Origin: Treponema sp.
GTDB taxonomy: Bacteria > Spirochaetota > Spirochaetia > Treponematales > Breznakiellaceae
Assembly: GCA_031283725.1 (NCBI GenBank)
Contig: JAITBG010000064.1
Coordinates: 1-44,297 of the forward strand
DNA: 44,297 nucleotides
Direction: 5' to 3'
Numbering within the stretch: the stretch's first letter is position 1; every line of letters begins with the position of its first letter. This document shows, one piece after another, positions 34,682 to 44,219 of the stretch. Below the pieces are notes generated by a model. The model made no database searches, was not told where the DNA came from, and was given only the letters and a program-made list of their open reading frames with translations. The position numbers and the translations under genes are program-made.

Positions 34682-35296
34682 ATGTCCGACTGGTTATATT
34701 CCGATACAGTCAAAGACCATTTTACCAACCCCCGGAACGTACTCATGGAAGATGAGTCCAGCTATCCCGCCGATGCCCGGGGCCTGACGGGGAACCTTAT
34801 TTGCGGAGATCAGATGCTGATGCTTCTGCGGATCAAGGACGATATCATCACCGATGTCCGCTGGAAGACCTATGGCTGCGCCAGCGCCATCGCCTCCACC
34901 AGTGTGCTCTCCGAGACAATCAAGGGTATGAATATCAGGGACGCCTACAACGTCAAACCCGAGGAGCTGGTGGAAAAGATGGGCGGTCTTCCGGCCAATA
35001 AAATCCACTGTTCCGTCCTAGGCGACAAGGCCCTGCGCAAGGCCATTGACGACTACCTCGCCAAAACCGGCCGCCCCGGCCTTTTCAAGGAGACCTCCAC
35101 GGTGATCTGTACTTGCCTGGGTATAACCGACAAAGACTTGGAAAACGCCTACCTTAAGGGCGCCCGCTTCTGGGAGGATTTTCAGGCGGCCACCAAGATA
35201 GGTACCGGTTGTGGAAAAGGGGAATGCAAGGCAAAGGCACTGGAACTGCTCCATGAATACGCTCATATTTACGGGGAAAAGCGGGGCGGGGCCTAA
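34682..35296 (+). CDS. nifU: Fe-S scaffold, IscU/NifU N-domain plus BFD-like [2Fe-2S] domain
   Basis: DHFTNPRN, ICGD, GCASAIAS, KIHCS; C-terminal ICTC...GTGCGKGEC. Confidence 0.9.
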   Translation: MSDWLYSDTVKDHFTNPRNVLMEDESSYPADARGLTGNLICGDQMLMLLRIKDDIITDVRWKTYGCASAIASTSVLSETIKGMNIRDAYNVKPEELVEKMGGLPANKIHCSVLGDKALRKAIDDYLAKTGRPGLFKETSTVICTCLGITDKDLENAYLKGARFWEDFQAATKIGTGCGKGECKAKALELLHEYAHIYGEKRGGA

Positions 35297-35340
35297 TCGT
35301 TAGGTGCAGCCTGTGCTGTTGGTGTGTTTGATGGTTAAAA

Positions 35341-36402
35341 TTACTGCTCCATGCCGGGAAACCTGAGAAAATTCCAGATATTTGAATCTTCCTGGCCTAG
35401 GGACCAAAAACCTATGGATTTAACCCCCATGTCCCGGTACATACTGCCCCGGAGGCTGAGGGAATAGATGTCTTCGTAATAGACCGTAACTTTTACCGTG
35501 GTTTCATAGCTAAAGGTAGGGATGCCGTTTTCCCGGCTGACCTCGGCAATGGTGTTTTCGCTCTTGATCCGTTCGATGCCGGAGTGGAAATACGCCCGGA
35601 AAGGGTTGAAGCTTCCCCAGGTGCGGCCGTAAAAGGGCAGCCCCATGATCAACTTTTCGGGTCCCACGGTTTCTAGGGCATACTCCGCTACGGAACGGCA
35701 CCAGTCCAGGGAAGCGATGGAACCGGGCTCGCTGGTGGACCAGTGCTCGTCGTAGGCCATCACAAATATTCGATCTACCAGGGGCTTAATCTTTTCGTAA
35801 TCGAAGACATCGTCCCTTAGGGTCTTGAACCGGGCCGGCAGAGCGATGGTAAACATCCTATCCCCCAGACCATTCCGCAGTTCCTCTAAAAAGGAAAGAA
35901 AGTTGTCCCCATCCTTGGCAGGGATAAGTTCAAAGTCTATTTGCAAACCGTCATAGGGCTCGGAAGCCGCTAGGAGATCCGTTACCAACTGCCGGCGGAC
36001 CGCGCTTCCCGGTTCCAGGATGAAGTGAGCCAGGGACCGGCTGTTACAGGCAACCACCAGGTGAAGCCGGCCGGGGAAACGGCTAAGCTTTTGCTGGCTG
36101 GGAACGCCCGTAAGCTTGCCATAGATATCAATTTCAGCCCCAAAATAAACCAGGTCCGACAGGGGGTAATTCAGCTTGAGCGCCTGTTCCCGGCCTGCCA
36201 CTAGGTATCCCCATATTTCGGTAAAGTGCAGCACCGGAAGATTCTCGGCGCCCTCCGGAATTTTCCCGTAGGAGAAGTATTCATTTTCCTCCCCACTTTT
36301 CTCCGGATTGCCCCAGTCCTCCGCTGGTTTTTCGTTGTCCGGCAGTCCAGGCGCGGAAGCACAGGAGAATAGGGTAAGAAAGAAACAGAGCAAAAAAACC
36401 AT
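35341..36402 (-). CDS. GH18 family glycoside hydrolase, probable lipoprotein
   Basis: LFSC lipobox, DGLQIDFE catalytic motif, VMAYDEHW, KLIMGLPFYG, GFWSLGQE. Start set to ATG 36402. Confidence 0.82.
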   Translation of the reverse strand: MVFLLCFFLTLFSCASAPGLPDNEKPAEDWGNPEKSGEENEYFSYGKIPEGAENLPVLHFTEIWGYLVAGREQALKLNYPLSDLVYFGAEIDIYGKLTGVPSQQKLSRFPGRLHLVVACNSRSLAHFILEPGSAVRRQLVTDLLAASEPYDGLQIDFELIPAKDGDNFLSFLEELRNGLGDRMFTIALPARFKTLRDDVFDYEKIKPLVDRIFVMAYDEHWSTSEPGSIASLDWCRSVAEYALETVGPEKLIMGLPFYGRTWGSFNPFRAYFHSGIERIKSENTIAEVSRENGIPTFSYETTVKVTVYYEDIYSLSLRGSMYRDMGVKSIGFWSLGQEDSNIWNFLRFPGMEQ

Positions 36403-36469
36403 AGCAAGGGGAGTATATGGTACCGGTTGCTTAATTGCAATATATTCCGAATTTTTATTATAATACTGT

Positions 36470-37288
36470 ATGATTATAGGGATAGACATAGGCAGTACCA
36501 CCACAAAGGCGGTTTCCATCAGCGCCGACGGAAAGATCCGGAAGATAAAAACCAAGGCCATAGATGCGGTAACCTCCGCCACCGGCGCCTTCGGAAAAAT
36601 GTTGATGGAGAATGATTACCAAATAGGGGACATCCAGCGGATCATGATCACCGGCACCGGGGCCTCAAAAATTAAAAACAACCTTTTCGGGATCCCCACC
36701 CAGCGGGTGGATGAGATACAGGCCATTGGTATCGGGGGGATGTTCCTTTCCGGAAAGGATGATATTGTGATCACCAATATCGGCACCGGTACGGCGGTTA
36801 TCGGCGCCCGGAAGGATTCCATAACCCACATAGGAGGTTCCGGAGTAGGGGGGGGGACCATCCTCGGCCTGGCAAAGAAGCTGATCGCCACATCGGACTT
36901 CAACGGCATCATGGAACAGGCGGAACTGGGAAATCTGAACCAGGTGGATCTGACCATGGAGGATATCATGGACATGGACCTGAGCTTCCTGAACCGGGAG
37001 AGCACGGTATCTAATTTTGGGAAGATGCTGGATACCGCCAGGAACGAAGATATAGCTATGGGAATACTGAACCTGGTGTTCCAGGTTATCGGCATGCTTT
37101 CGGTTTTCGCGGCCAAGAGCAAGCACACCGACCGGGTTATCGTTACCGGAAACGGCAGTCACAACCCCATTGGTAAAAAAATTCTGGATGTCATAACCGG
37201 TATGTACAAGGTGTATTTTGAATATCCCGCAGATGCCGAATACACCACCGCCATAGGGGCGGGGCTTTTCTACAATCGGGGGATATAA
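36470..37288 (+). CDS. Type II pantothenate kinase-like ASKHA kinase
   Basis: IGIDIGSTTTK, ITGTGA, NIGTGT, GGSGVGGGT, TVSNFGK, TAIGA. Confidence 0.82.
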   Translation: MIIGIDIGSTTTKAVSISADGKIRKIKTKAIDAVTSATGAFGKMLMENDYQIGDIQRIMITGTGASKIKNNLFGIPTQRVDEIQAIGIGGMFLSGKDDIVITNIGTGTAVIGARKDSITHIGGSGVGGGTILGLAKKLIATSDFNGIMEQAELGNLNQVDLTMEDIMDMDLSFLNRESTVSNFGKMLDTARNEDIAMGILNLVFQVIGMLSVFAAKSKHTDRVIVTGNGSHNPIGKKILDVITGMYKVYFEYPADAEYTTAIGAGLFYNRGI

Positions 37289-37316
37289 GACGTATTGTAA
37301 TACAAGGAGAGTTAAG

Positions 37317-38267
37317 GTGAAAGCCATATTGCTCCATGACGGAGATAGCCGGGAAATTGCCGGGAATCTGCTTAAAACGATAAAAAAACAGAGTATCCAC
37401 GGGGAAACCCTGCTTTTAGAGGGGGCCTGGGAGTCCGCCGAATCCTATATAGGAGAGATTCTGGCGGATACCACTCATGTGATAGCGGTTTTTTCCAATC
37501 CCGTAGGTTCTGGCCCTTCCGGTCTTTCCTTGTTTAGTTTTGCCGCGGGCTTTGCCTTGGGCGCCTGCCTGCCCCTGGTGTTTTATGGTGAAGGCAGCCC
37601 TTCCCTGGCTCCGCGGTTTGTGAAGAACTTTTCTCAGTTTACAAACGATGCGGAATTTCTCGCCTACATGGTCCGGGAAGCGGAGGAGTGGAAGCGGGAT
37701 CATACCCTAAAACAAGCCCGTAGCAGTCTGCTGGAAAGGGGGATGCCGGTTACGGTGGATTACCTGGGGCGCTGCATTGCGGAAAAAAACGGCGAAGCGG
37801 TGGCTCTCTTTCTTCAGGCAGGTTTTTCGCCGGATACCCTGGACAAGACTGGGGTTCCCCTGCTCTGTCTTGCCTCCCGGTCCGGTGACCGGGAAATCGT
37901 AAAGCTGCTCCTCAAGAACGGCGCCTCGGTGAATCTCCCGGCCCGGGACCGGGGCGGTTCCGCCCTTATCGACGCCGCCCTGGGAAAGTACTCTGATATT
38001 CTTGGGGATCTTCTTAAAGTGGGGGCGGATACCGATGTTAAGACCAAGGACGGTCAGTCCGCCCTCATCATTGCTGTGGGGCTCAACGACGAGCCTGCGG
38101 TGGAACTGCTCCTTAAGGCTGGAGCCAATGCGGACGATCCCGACAGTCTCGGGGCCAGCGCCAGGAAATATGCGGCCCTTTTTAACCGATCTGGAATGGC
38201 CAAACTCTTTGCGGCCTATGCCCCGCCGGCTCCGGAAAAACAGGAGAAACCATGCCCAGGGAAATAA
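37317..38267 (+). CDS. Ankyrin-repeat protein with N-terminal alpha/beta (TIR-like?) domain
   Basis: About 4 ankyrin repeats (GVPLLCLAS...LLLKNGASVN, GQSALIIAV...LLLKAGANAD); GTG start with AGGAG. Confidence 0.85.
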   Translation: MKAILLHDGDSREIAGNLLKTIKKQSIHGETLLLEGAWESAESYIGEILADTTHVIAVFSNPVGSGPSGLSLFSFAAGFALGACLPLVFYGEGSPSLAPRFVKNFSQFTNDAEFLAYMVREAEEWKRDHTLKQARSSLLERGMPVTVDYLGRCIAEKNGEAVALFLQAGFSPDTLDKTGVPLLCLASRSGDREIVKLLLKNGASVNLPARDRGGSALIDAALGKYSDILGDLLKVGADTDVKTKDGQSALIIAVGLNDEPAVELLLKAGANADDPDSLGASARKYAALFNRSGMAKLFAAYAPPAPEKQEKPCPGK

Positions 38268-39061
38268 AAAGCAACGTTAAGCGGCTTTTTGAACGGATAT
38301 CCACCGCGGAGTATTTTGTGGCCCTCACCGGCGCCGGAGTAAGTACCCTTTCGGGTATTCGGGACTTCCGGGGGAAAAACGGCCTCTACAACGATCAGGA
38401 TGCGGAAAAGATATTTGATATTAATTATTTCCGCCGGGACCCTTCTTTCTATTACAAGTCCTCGGCGGACTTTATTTACAATATCCATGAAAGGGAACCC
38501 TCCGTGGTGCACAAAACCCTGGCCAGGCTTGAACAGAAAGGCTTTCTGAAGAGCCTTATCACCCAGAACATTGATCTTCTTCATCAGAAAGGAGGGAGCC
38601 GCCGGGTAATCGAAATCCACGGTTCCCCTTCGGTTCACTATTGCCTGAGTTGTTCCAACCTTTCCAGGGTGGAGGAACTGGCCGCGTCGGGGGCAGGGGC
38701 GCCGGAAAACGCCGGAGACCTCATGGGCTTTGACGAGGTTGCCGTCTTGGTCAAGGCCGGGGATTTGCCCCGCTGCAAAAAGTGCGGCAGGGTCCTGAAA
38801 CCGGCGATCACCTTTTTTGGAGAGACCCTCCCGGTGCGGGCGCTCCAGGCGGCCGAGTCCGGCGCTTCCCGGGCGGATCTTATGCTTGTTCTGGGAACCA
38901 CCCTTACGGTCTATCCCGCCGCCGCCATTCCCCAGATTACCCAGCGTAGCGGCGGCGATTTAGTTATCGTTAATAATATGGAAACCCCCATGGATCGATA
39001 TGCCCTGATGAAGTTTGAGGACCTGGGAGAGGTCTTTGAGGAACTTTCACAATTATTATAA
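38252..39061 (+). CDS. cobB: Sir2-family NAD-dependent protein deacylase
   Basis: TGAGVSTLSGIRDFRG, ITQNID, EIHGS, CxxC...CxxC, LKPAITFFGE, GTTLTVYPAA. Confidence 0.92.
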   Translation: MPREIKSNVKRLFERISTAEYFVALTGAGVSTLSGIRDFRGKNGLYNDQDAEKIFDINYFRRDPSFYYKSSADFIYNIHEREPSVVHKTLARLEQKGFLKSLITQNIDLLHQKGGSRRVIEIHGSPSVHYCLSCSNLSRVEELAASGAGAPENAGDLMGFDEVAVLVKAGDLPRCKKCGRVLKPAITFFGETLPVRALQAAESGASRADLMLVLGTTLTVYPAAAIPQITQRSGGDLVIVNNMETPMDRYALMKFEDLGEVFEELSQLL

Positions 39062-39078
39062 TTACGGAGGAACTAACG

Positions 39079-39963
39079 ATGAAGTTTGTACGGAATGCCC
39101 TAATAATTTTTTTGCTGGGTATTTCCCCGGCGCTTATGGCTGAATCTCTTAACACCATGAGCCTGAACGGATCGACCGGCCTGTATACAGTTCCCACCGG
39201 ACGGATCGGCTGGACGAATGATACAAAGATAGGTTTGGATGTTGGATACCACACCATCATTGCAAGCGAGCATAATTACCATTCAGGTGCCAATTACCGT
39301 ATCCCCGATGATGATGATTATGCGCTGAACCATATACCAAAGATCAGCGCCGGCTTTTCTAAGTGGGCGGAAGTTTTTTTTGCGTTTGACTTCCAGCCTC
39401 AGTATGATCTTCCCGGAGATGATAATGATAGTAACAACGATCTGATCACGGGCTTTAAATTTCAACTGCCGGTCAAGTCTCCCGCCACCGACATAGCTCT
39501 GGGGGGAAATTTCCAGTACCTGAACATGGGAAACGATGAATTTAACTACCAAACTTTTCAGCTCTATGCGGCGGTCACCTATGCGGGTACTTTTTTTACC
39601 CTGCCCGCGGAAACCACGGTGGTGCTGGGAAAGACCTTTGCTTTTAATAATGATCATGACGCTTCCCAGCAGGCCTTTAATTTTGACTATGGTATGGGCT
39701 TTGATTTAGTGTTATTTCCCAAGGCCATACCGGACTTTTTTCATTGGATCATAGATTATTCAAACTTTTCCTATTCCGCCAATCCCTGGGGGACGGATGC
39801 GTGGTACCGGGGAGCCCTAAATACGGGCCTCCGCTTAAACTTTAGCTCCATTCCGGCCTTGGCTAAATACAAATTTGTCTTTGACTTTGTGCTGACCGAT
39901 GCTTTTGACGAGAATTACCGATCCTTCGCATTCGGACTGGTTCTGGGGATGCCGATTATATAG
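39079..39963 (+). CDS. Exported hypothetical protein, possible outer-membrane beta-barrel
   Basis: Signal peptide, GSTGL..VP start, aromatic-rich alternating strands, terminal FAFGLVLGMPI strand. Confidence 0.55.
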   Translation: MKFVRNALIIFLLGISPALMAESLNTMSLNGSTGLYTVPTGRIGWTNDTKIGLDVGYHTIIASEHNYHSGANYRIPDDDDYALNHIPKISAGFSKWAEVFFAFDFQPQYDLPGDDNDSNNDLITGFKFQLPVKSPATDIALGGNFQYLNMGNDEFNYQTFQLYAAVTYAGTFFTLPAETTVVLGKTFAFNNDHDASQQAFNFDYGMGFDLVLFPKAIPDFFHWIIDYSNFSYSANPWGTDAWYRGALNTGLRLNFSSIPALAKYKFVFDFVLTDAFDENYRSFAFGLVLGMPII

Positions 39964-41455
39964 AACTATCCGCGGCCCCCAGCGCCGCAAGGGCTTTATC
40001 TACCCGCGCCAGAGATTTTTCCGCCCCCAGTATACGCAGGGAACCGAAAAGGGGAGGGCTGACCCGCGCTCCGGTAATGGCTACCCGTAGCGGCATCAGG
40101 AGATCCCCCAGTTTGATCTCCGCCTTTTCCGATGCGGCCTTGGCAACCGCTTCCGCATCCTCGTCATTTGATTCGGCCATAGGCTTTACCAGTTTCCGGC
40201 CCAGCTTTAAAAGCGTGATCGTCCGCTCCAGGTCCGACTTTTTGGGGAAGAATTCTTCCGCCGGGGGGATCGCGGGTTCGCTGAAAAGATAGCCCAGCTT
40301 TTCCGGGGCCTCATGGAGGAAGACCAGCCTTTCCTTTATCAGGGGCATGGCGGCAGTAAAAGTGTTCCGTTGTTCCGCAGTGGGTTCCGTGGGATCTATC
40401 CCATTGCCGAAAAGTCCCGCGGTAATACTGTATGGCAGGGTCAAAGCGGCAAGCTCCACATCGCTTTTCATACGCATATATTGGCCGTTGTACCATTCCA
40501 GCTTTTTGTAGTCGAAGATCGCGGGAGCCTTGTTGAGCTTGTCCAGGCTGAAACGTTCCACCAGTTCTTCCAAGGTGTATATTTCCCTGCCCTCTTCGTA
40601 GGAGGCGCCCAGGAGGGCCACGTAGTTGAGCAGCGCCTCCGGCAGATAGCCCTGGCGGCGGAATTCGTCGATGCTGGTGGCGCCGTGGCGTTTACTCAGC
40701 TTTTTGCCGTCCTGGCCCATCACCATGGGGAGGTGGCAAAACGCCGGGGGCTCCCAGCCGAAACTGTTATACAATATTATGTGCATGGGGGTAGAGGAAA
40801 GCCATTCCTGGGCACGGAGCACATGGGTAATTTCCATAAGATGATCGTCCACAACATTGGCCAGGTGGTAGGTGGGAAATCCGTCTGATTTGAGGAGCAC
40901 CGGGTCGGGACTCACGTCATCGTTCTTCCACTCCATATCCCCCAGGATCTGATCCCGGACCTTAGTCGTTTCCCCAAGGGGTATCTTGAGCCGTATGGTA
41001 CAGGGGTCCCCGGTCTGAGCCCTTTTCGCCGCTTCCGCCGGGGGAATGTCCCGGCAGTGACGATCGTACCCTGCGTTGCTGGAATGGGCCGCTTCCCGTT
41101 CCGCGCGTACCCTGTCCAGCCGTTCGGCGGAGCAGAAACAGTAATAGCCCCGGCCTTTTTCTACCAGTTCAAGGGCGTACTTTTTATACAGCCCAAACCG
41201 TTCGGACTGCACATAGGGGCCCGCGGGGCCGCCGGTGTCCGGGCCTTCGTCCCAATGAATGCCCAGCCAGGCAAAGGTATCGTAGAGGTTTTTGACGAAA
41301 GCTTCGTCATACCGGGCGCGGTCCGTATCTTCCAGGCGGAGTATAAACCGCCCTTCCCCGGAACGGGCGAAAAGGTAGTTAAACAGGGCGGTTCGTATTC
41401 CCCCTATATGCTGCAACCCCGTGGGGGATGGCGCGTAACGGTCTCTGATAATCAT
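39956..41455 (-). CDS. gltX: Glutamate-tRNA ligase
   Basis: RYAPSPTGLQHIGG (HIGH), YYCFCS, KLSKR (KMSKS). Start ATG 41455. Confidence 0.96.
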   Translation of the reverse strand: MIIRDRYAPSPTGLQHIGGIRTALFNYLFARSGEGRFILRLEDTDRARYDEAFVKNLYDTFAWLGIHWDEGPDTGGPAGPYVQSERFGLYKKYALELVEKGRGYYCFCSAERLDRVRAEREAAHSSNAGYDRHCRDIPPAEAAKRAQTGDPCTIRLKIPLGETTKVRDQILGDMEWKNDDVSPDPVLLKSDGFPTYHLANVVDDHLMEITHVLRAQEWLSSTPMHIILYNSFGWEPPAFCHLPMVMGQDGKKLSKRHGATSIDEFRRQGYLPEALLNYVALLGASYEEGREIYTLEELVERFSLDKLNKAPAIFDYKKLEWYNGQYMRMKSDVELAALTLPYSITAGLFGNGIDPTEPTAEQRNTFTAAMPLIKERLVFLHEAPEKLGYLFSEPAIPPAEEFFPKKSDLERTITLLKLGRKLVKPMAESNDEDAEAVAKAASEKAEIKLGDLLMPLRVAITGARVSPPLFGSLRILGAEKSLARVDKALAALGAADSSI

Positions 41456-41513
41456 ACCGTTACTATATTGAATTTTTCCGAAAAGGGAAATAGGCTTCTG
41501 TAAAGGAGCATCC

Positions 41514-42968
41514 ATGGGAACCAACGATGATGATAAAAAAACCGAAGGCCAGCTGCTTTCGGAGAAACTGTGTTTTGATATAAAGAACTGCTGGGACGCC
41601 GCATCCGAAGAGGCCCTTAAGGAAATTGAGTCCTTTGCCAAAAAATACAGGGGATTTCTGGATCGTGGAAAGACCGAGCGGGAATTTGTGGAAGCCGCCC
41701 TGGAACTCCTTAAGGATCTGGACTTTAAGGATATGGACGTTTTATTAAAGGAAACAGGGAGGCTAAAACCCGGTGCAAGGGTGTATCAGAATATCAAGGG
41801 CAAGTCCCTGGTTTTTGCAGTGATCGGTCACAAGCCCTTCCCCGAGGGCATCAATATTGTGGGCGCCCATGTGGATTCTCCCCGGATCGATCTAAAGACC
41901 AACCCCCTCTACGAAGATACCGAGTTAGCCATGCTGGACACCCATTATTATGGGGGGATAAAACATTACCAATGGCTCACTATCCCCCTGGCCATACACG
42001 GCACGGTGATAAGCAAAGACGGTTTCCGGCGGAAGATATGTATAGGGGAAGATGAGGATGACCCGGTTTTTTGTATCACCGACCTGCTGCCTCATCTTGC
42101 CAAAGAGCAGATGGCGAAGAAGGCGTCGGACTTTATCGACGGCGAGGGGTTGGACATCCTCGCGGGGTCCCGGCCCTTCAAGGACCCCAAAGCCAAAGAT
42201 AAGGTTAAACTCAGACTGCTCAGCCTGCTTCACGAACAGTACGGCATCATGGAAGAGGATTTTGCCGGCGCGGAGCTTGAGTTTGTCCCCGCCCATAAAG
42301 CCCGTGACCTGGGGTTTGACCGGAGCATGATTGGCGCTTACGGCCACGACGACCGCTGCTGCGCCTTCGCGGCTCTCCGTGGGACGCTGGACCTTGCCGG
42401 AACCGCTTTTCCTGAAAAGACCGTGGTCTGCCTCCTCACGGACAAGGAGGAGATTGGCTCTATGGGGAACACCGGCGCTCAGTCCCGGCTCTTCGAAAAT
42501 TTCGTGGCCTACCTGGGGGCAAAAACTCTGGACACGTATTCTGAGATAAGCCTGCGGCAGTGCCTGGGCAAATCTTCCATGCTCTCCGCGGATGTAAATT
42601 CCGCCTATGACCCAAACTATGATTCGGTGTATGACAAAAAAAACGCTTCCTACTTCGGCAAAGGTATGGTGCTCAGTAAAGCCACCGGCCGGGGAGGCAA
42701 GTTCGGAGGCAGCGAGGCCAACGCCGAGTTCTGCCGGAAAGTTCAGGGCATCCTCAACCGGAACAACGTCCAGTGGCAATACGGCGATCTTGGTAAGGTT
42801 GACAAGGGCGGCGGCGGGACCATCGCCCTGGATGTGGCCAACCTGGGGGTAGAAGTTCTGGACTGCGGCATTCCGGTATTGTCCATGCATTCGCCCTTCG
42901 AGGTGATCAGCAAGATTGATCTCTATACCACCTATAAAGGATATGTAGCGTTCCTGCGGGAAGCGTGA
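41514..42968 (+). CDS. M18 family aminopeptidase
   Basis: GKTERE, GAHVDSP, HYYGGIK, GHDDR, DKEEIGS, GGGGTI, SMHSP. Confidence 0.92.
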   Translation: MGTNDDDKKTEGQLLSEKLCFDIKNCWDAASEEALKEIESFAKKYRGFLDRGKTEREFVEAALELLKDLDFKDMDVLLKETGRLKPGARVYQNIKGKSLVFAVIGHKPFPEGINIVGAHVDSPRIDLKTNPLYEDTELAMLDTHYYGGIKHYQWLTIPLAIHGTVISKDGFRRKICIGEDEDDPVFCITDLLPHLAKEQMAKKASDFIDGEGLDILAGSRPFKDPKAKDKVKLRLLSLLHEQYGIMEEDFAGAELEFVPAHKARDLGFDRSMIGAYGHDDRCCAFAALRGTLDLAGTAFPEKTVVCLLTDKEEIGSMGNTGAQSRLFENFVAYLGAKTLDTYSEISLRQCLGKSSMLSADVNSAYDPNYDSVYDKKNASYFGKGMVLSKATGRGGKFGGSEANAEFCRKVQGILNRNNVQWQYGDLGKVDKGGGGTIALDVANLGVEVLDCGIPVLSMHSPFEVISKIDLYTTYKGYVAFLREA

Positions 42969-43001
42969 TCAAAGAATAAATTCGAATCGGAGGCCGAATC
43001 C

Positions 43002-44219
43002 ATGAGTAACAAAGCTTTGATAGAAAAAACCCTGGAGCGGGGCGGCGGAATTTTCCGTCTGAATCCGACATTTGTTCCCAGGCCCTTTGGAAAAGCGGGA
43101 CGGCGGCTTAAACTTCACCCGGACGACTACTATGCCCTTGGGCTTATGCGGGGTTCCATCAAAGAGCGTTGGTTCGCTTCCACCGTTGCCGCCCAGAACG
43201 GCCCTCTGGCCCCTTCCGATGAAGGGATGAGCTATATATCCGCCGGGTATGACCGTGACGAAAAATTCACCCTGAAGGAAGCGGTGGATCTGCTTGGCGC
43301 TCAAATTGTCGGCGAAGATCTGATGAGGAAATACGGCGGCTGGCCCATGTATGCCAAATTTTTTGATTTCTTCAATCCCTTGTTTCATCACGTGCATTTG
43401 ATGTTTGAGCACGCCGCCAAGGTGGGCAAGCTGGCGAAGCCCGAATCCTATTATTTTCCAAAGCAGTTGAATAATCATCCCGGTGAATTTAACGCCACCT
43501 ATTTCGGCTTTGACCCCGCGGTAAAACCGGAACAGGTTAAACAACGCCTCCGGGACTATAACAAGGGCGATACCCGGATTACCGAGTTATCCCGGGCCTA
43601 CCGGGTAGAACTGGGCACCGGCTGGTATACCCCGGCGGGGGTTGTTCACGCCCCGGCTTCCGTCCTTACCTATGAACCCCAATGGAATTCGGATGTGAAC
43701 TCCGTGGAGGAGAATGTGGTATCCGGAGAGATATATCCCCGGGATATGCTGGTGGCGGAATGTCCGCCGGATAAAAAGGACGATATTGACTATATCTTTG
43801 GCCTCCTGGATTGGGAGAAAAACGTCGATCCAAATTATAAGGAGCATTATTTCCGGCCCCCGGTAACTATTGTTTCCAACAAGGCCTATACGGAAAAATG
43901 GGTTTCCTATGCCAATGAATACTTCGGCGCCAAGGAACTTACGGTTGAGCCCGGGCAGAGCGCGGCCCTTAACGACGGAGCCGCCTACGGCCTCATCTGC
44001 GTTCAAGGGCACGGCAATCTGGATAACCATACCATAGAAGCCCCCACCTTACTCCGCTTCGGGCAGCAGAGCAGCGACGAATTCTTTGTTTCCGAAGCTT
44101 CGGCGAAAAAAGGCGTGACCCTTACCAATTTGAGCCCCGTGGAACCCCTGGTTATCCTCAAGCATTTCGGGCCGAATCATCCTGAAATGCCGAAAACGGT
44201 TCCCCCGGATTTTGCATGA
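43002..44219 (+). CDS. Cupin-fold protein, mannose-6-phosphate isomerase class I-like
   Basis: ERW, KFFD...LFHHVH, KPESYYF, GVVHAP, YEPQ metal-binding cupin pattern. Confidence 0.6.
   Translation: MSNKALIEKTLERGGGIFRLNPTFVPRPFGKAGRRLKLHPDDYYALGLMRGSIKERWFASTVAAQNGPLAPSDEGMSYISAGYDRDEKFTLKEAVDLLGAQIVGEDLMRKYGGWPMYAKFFDFFNPLFHHVHLMFEHAAKVGKLAKPESYYFPKQLNNHPGEFNATYFGFDPAVKPEQVKQRLRDYNKGDTRITELSRAYRVELGTGWYTPAGVVHAPASVLTYEPQWNSDVNSVEENVVSGEIYPRDMLVAECPPDKKDDIDYIFGLLDWEKNVDPNYKEHYFRPPVTIVSNKAYTEKWVSYANEYFGAKELTVEPGQSAALNDGAAYGLICVQGHGNLDNHTIEAPTLLRFGQQSSDEFFVSEASAKKGVTLTNLSPVEPLVILKHFGPNHPEMPKTVPPDFA

Noticed and set aside
37317-39061. Thoeris-type defence system
   Set aside because: The sirtuin is a canonical Zn-ribbon CobB type without SLOG or macro domain, the TIR-like domain seems to lack the catalytic Glu, and the context is housekeeping. 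Kept only as a lower-level finding.
41456-41641. Upstream extensions given by the ORF track for gltX (and similarly cheB, cheR, lacI, the PUR-like gene and GH18)
   Set aside because: They overlap neighbouring genes and precede the conserved N-termini; shorter starts were chosen.
41925-42890. 321-aa minus-strand ORF
   Set aside because: Antisense to the M18 aminopeptidase; no recognisable motifs.
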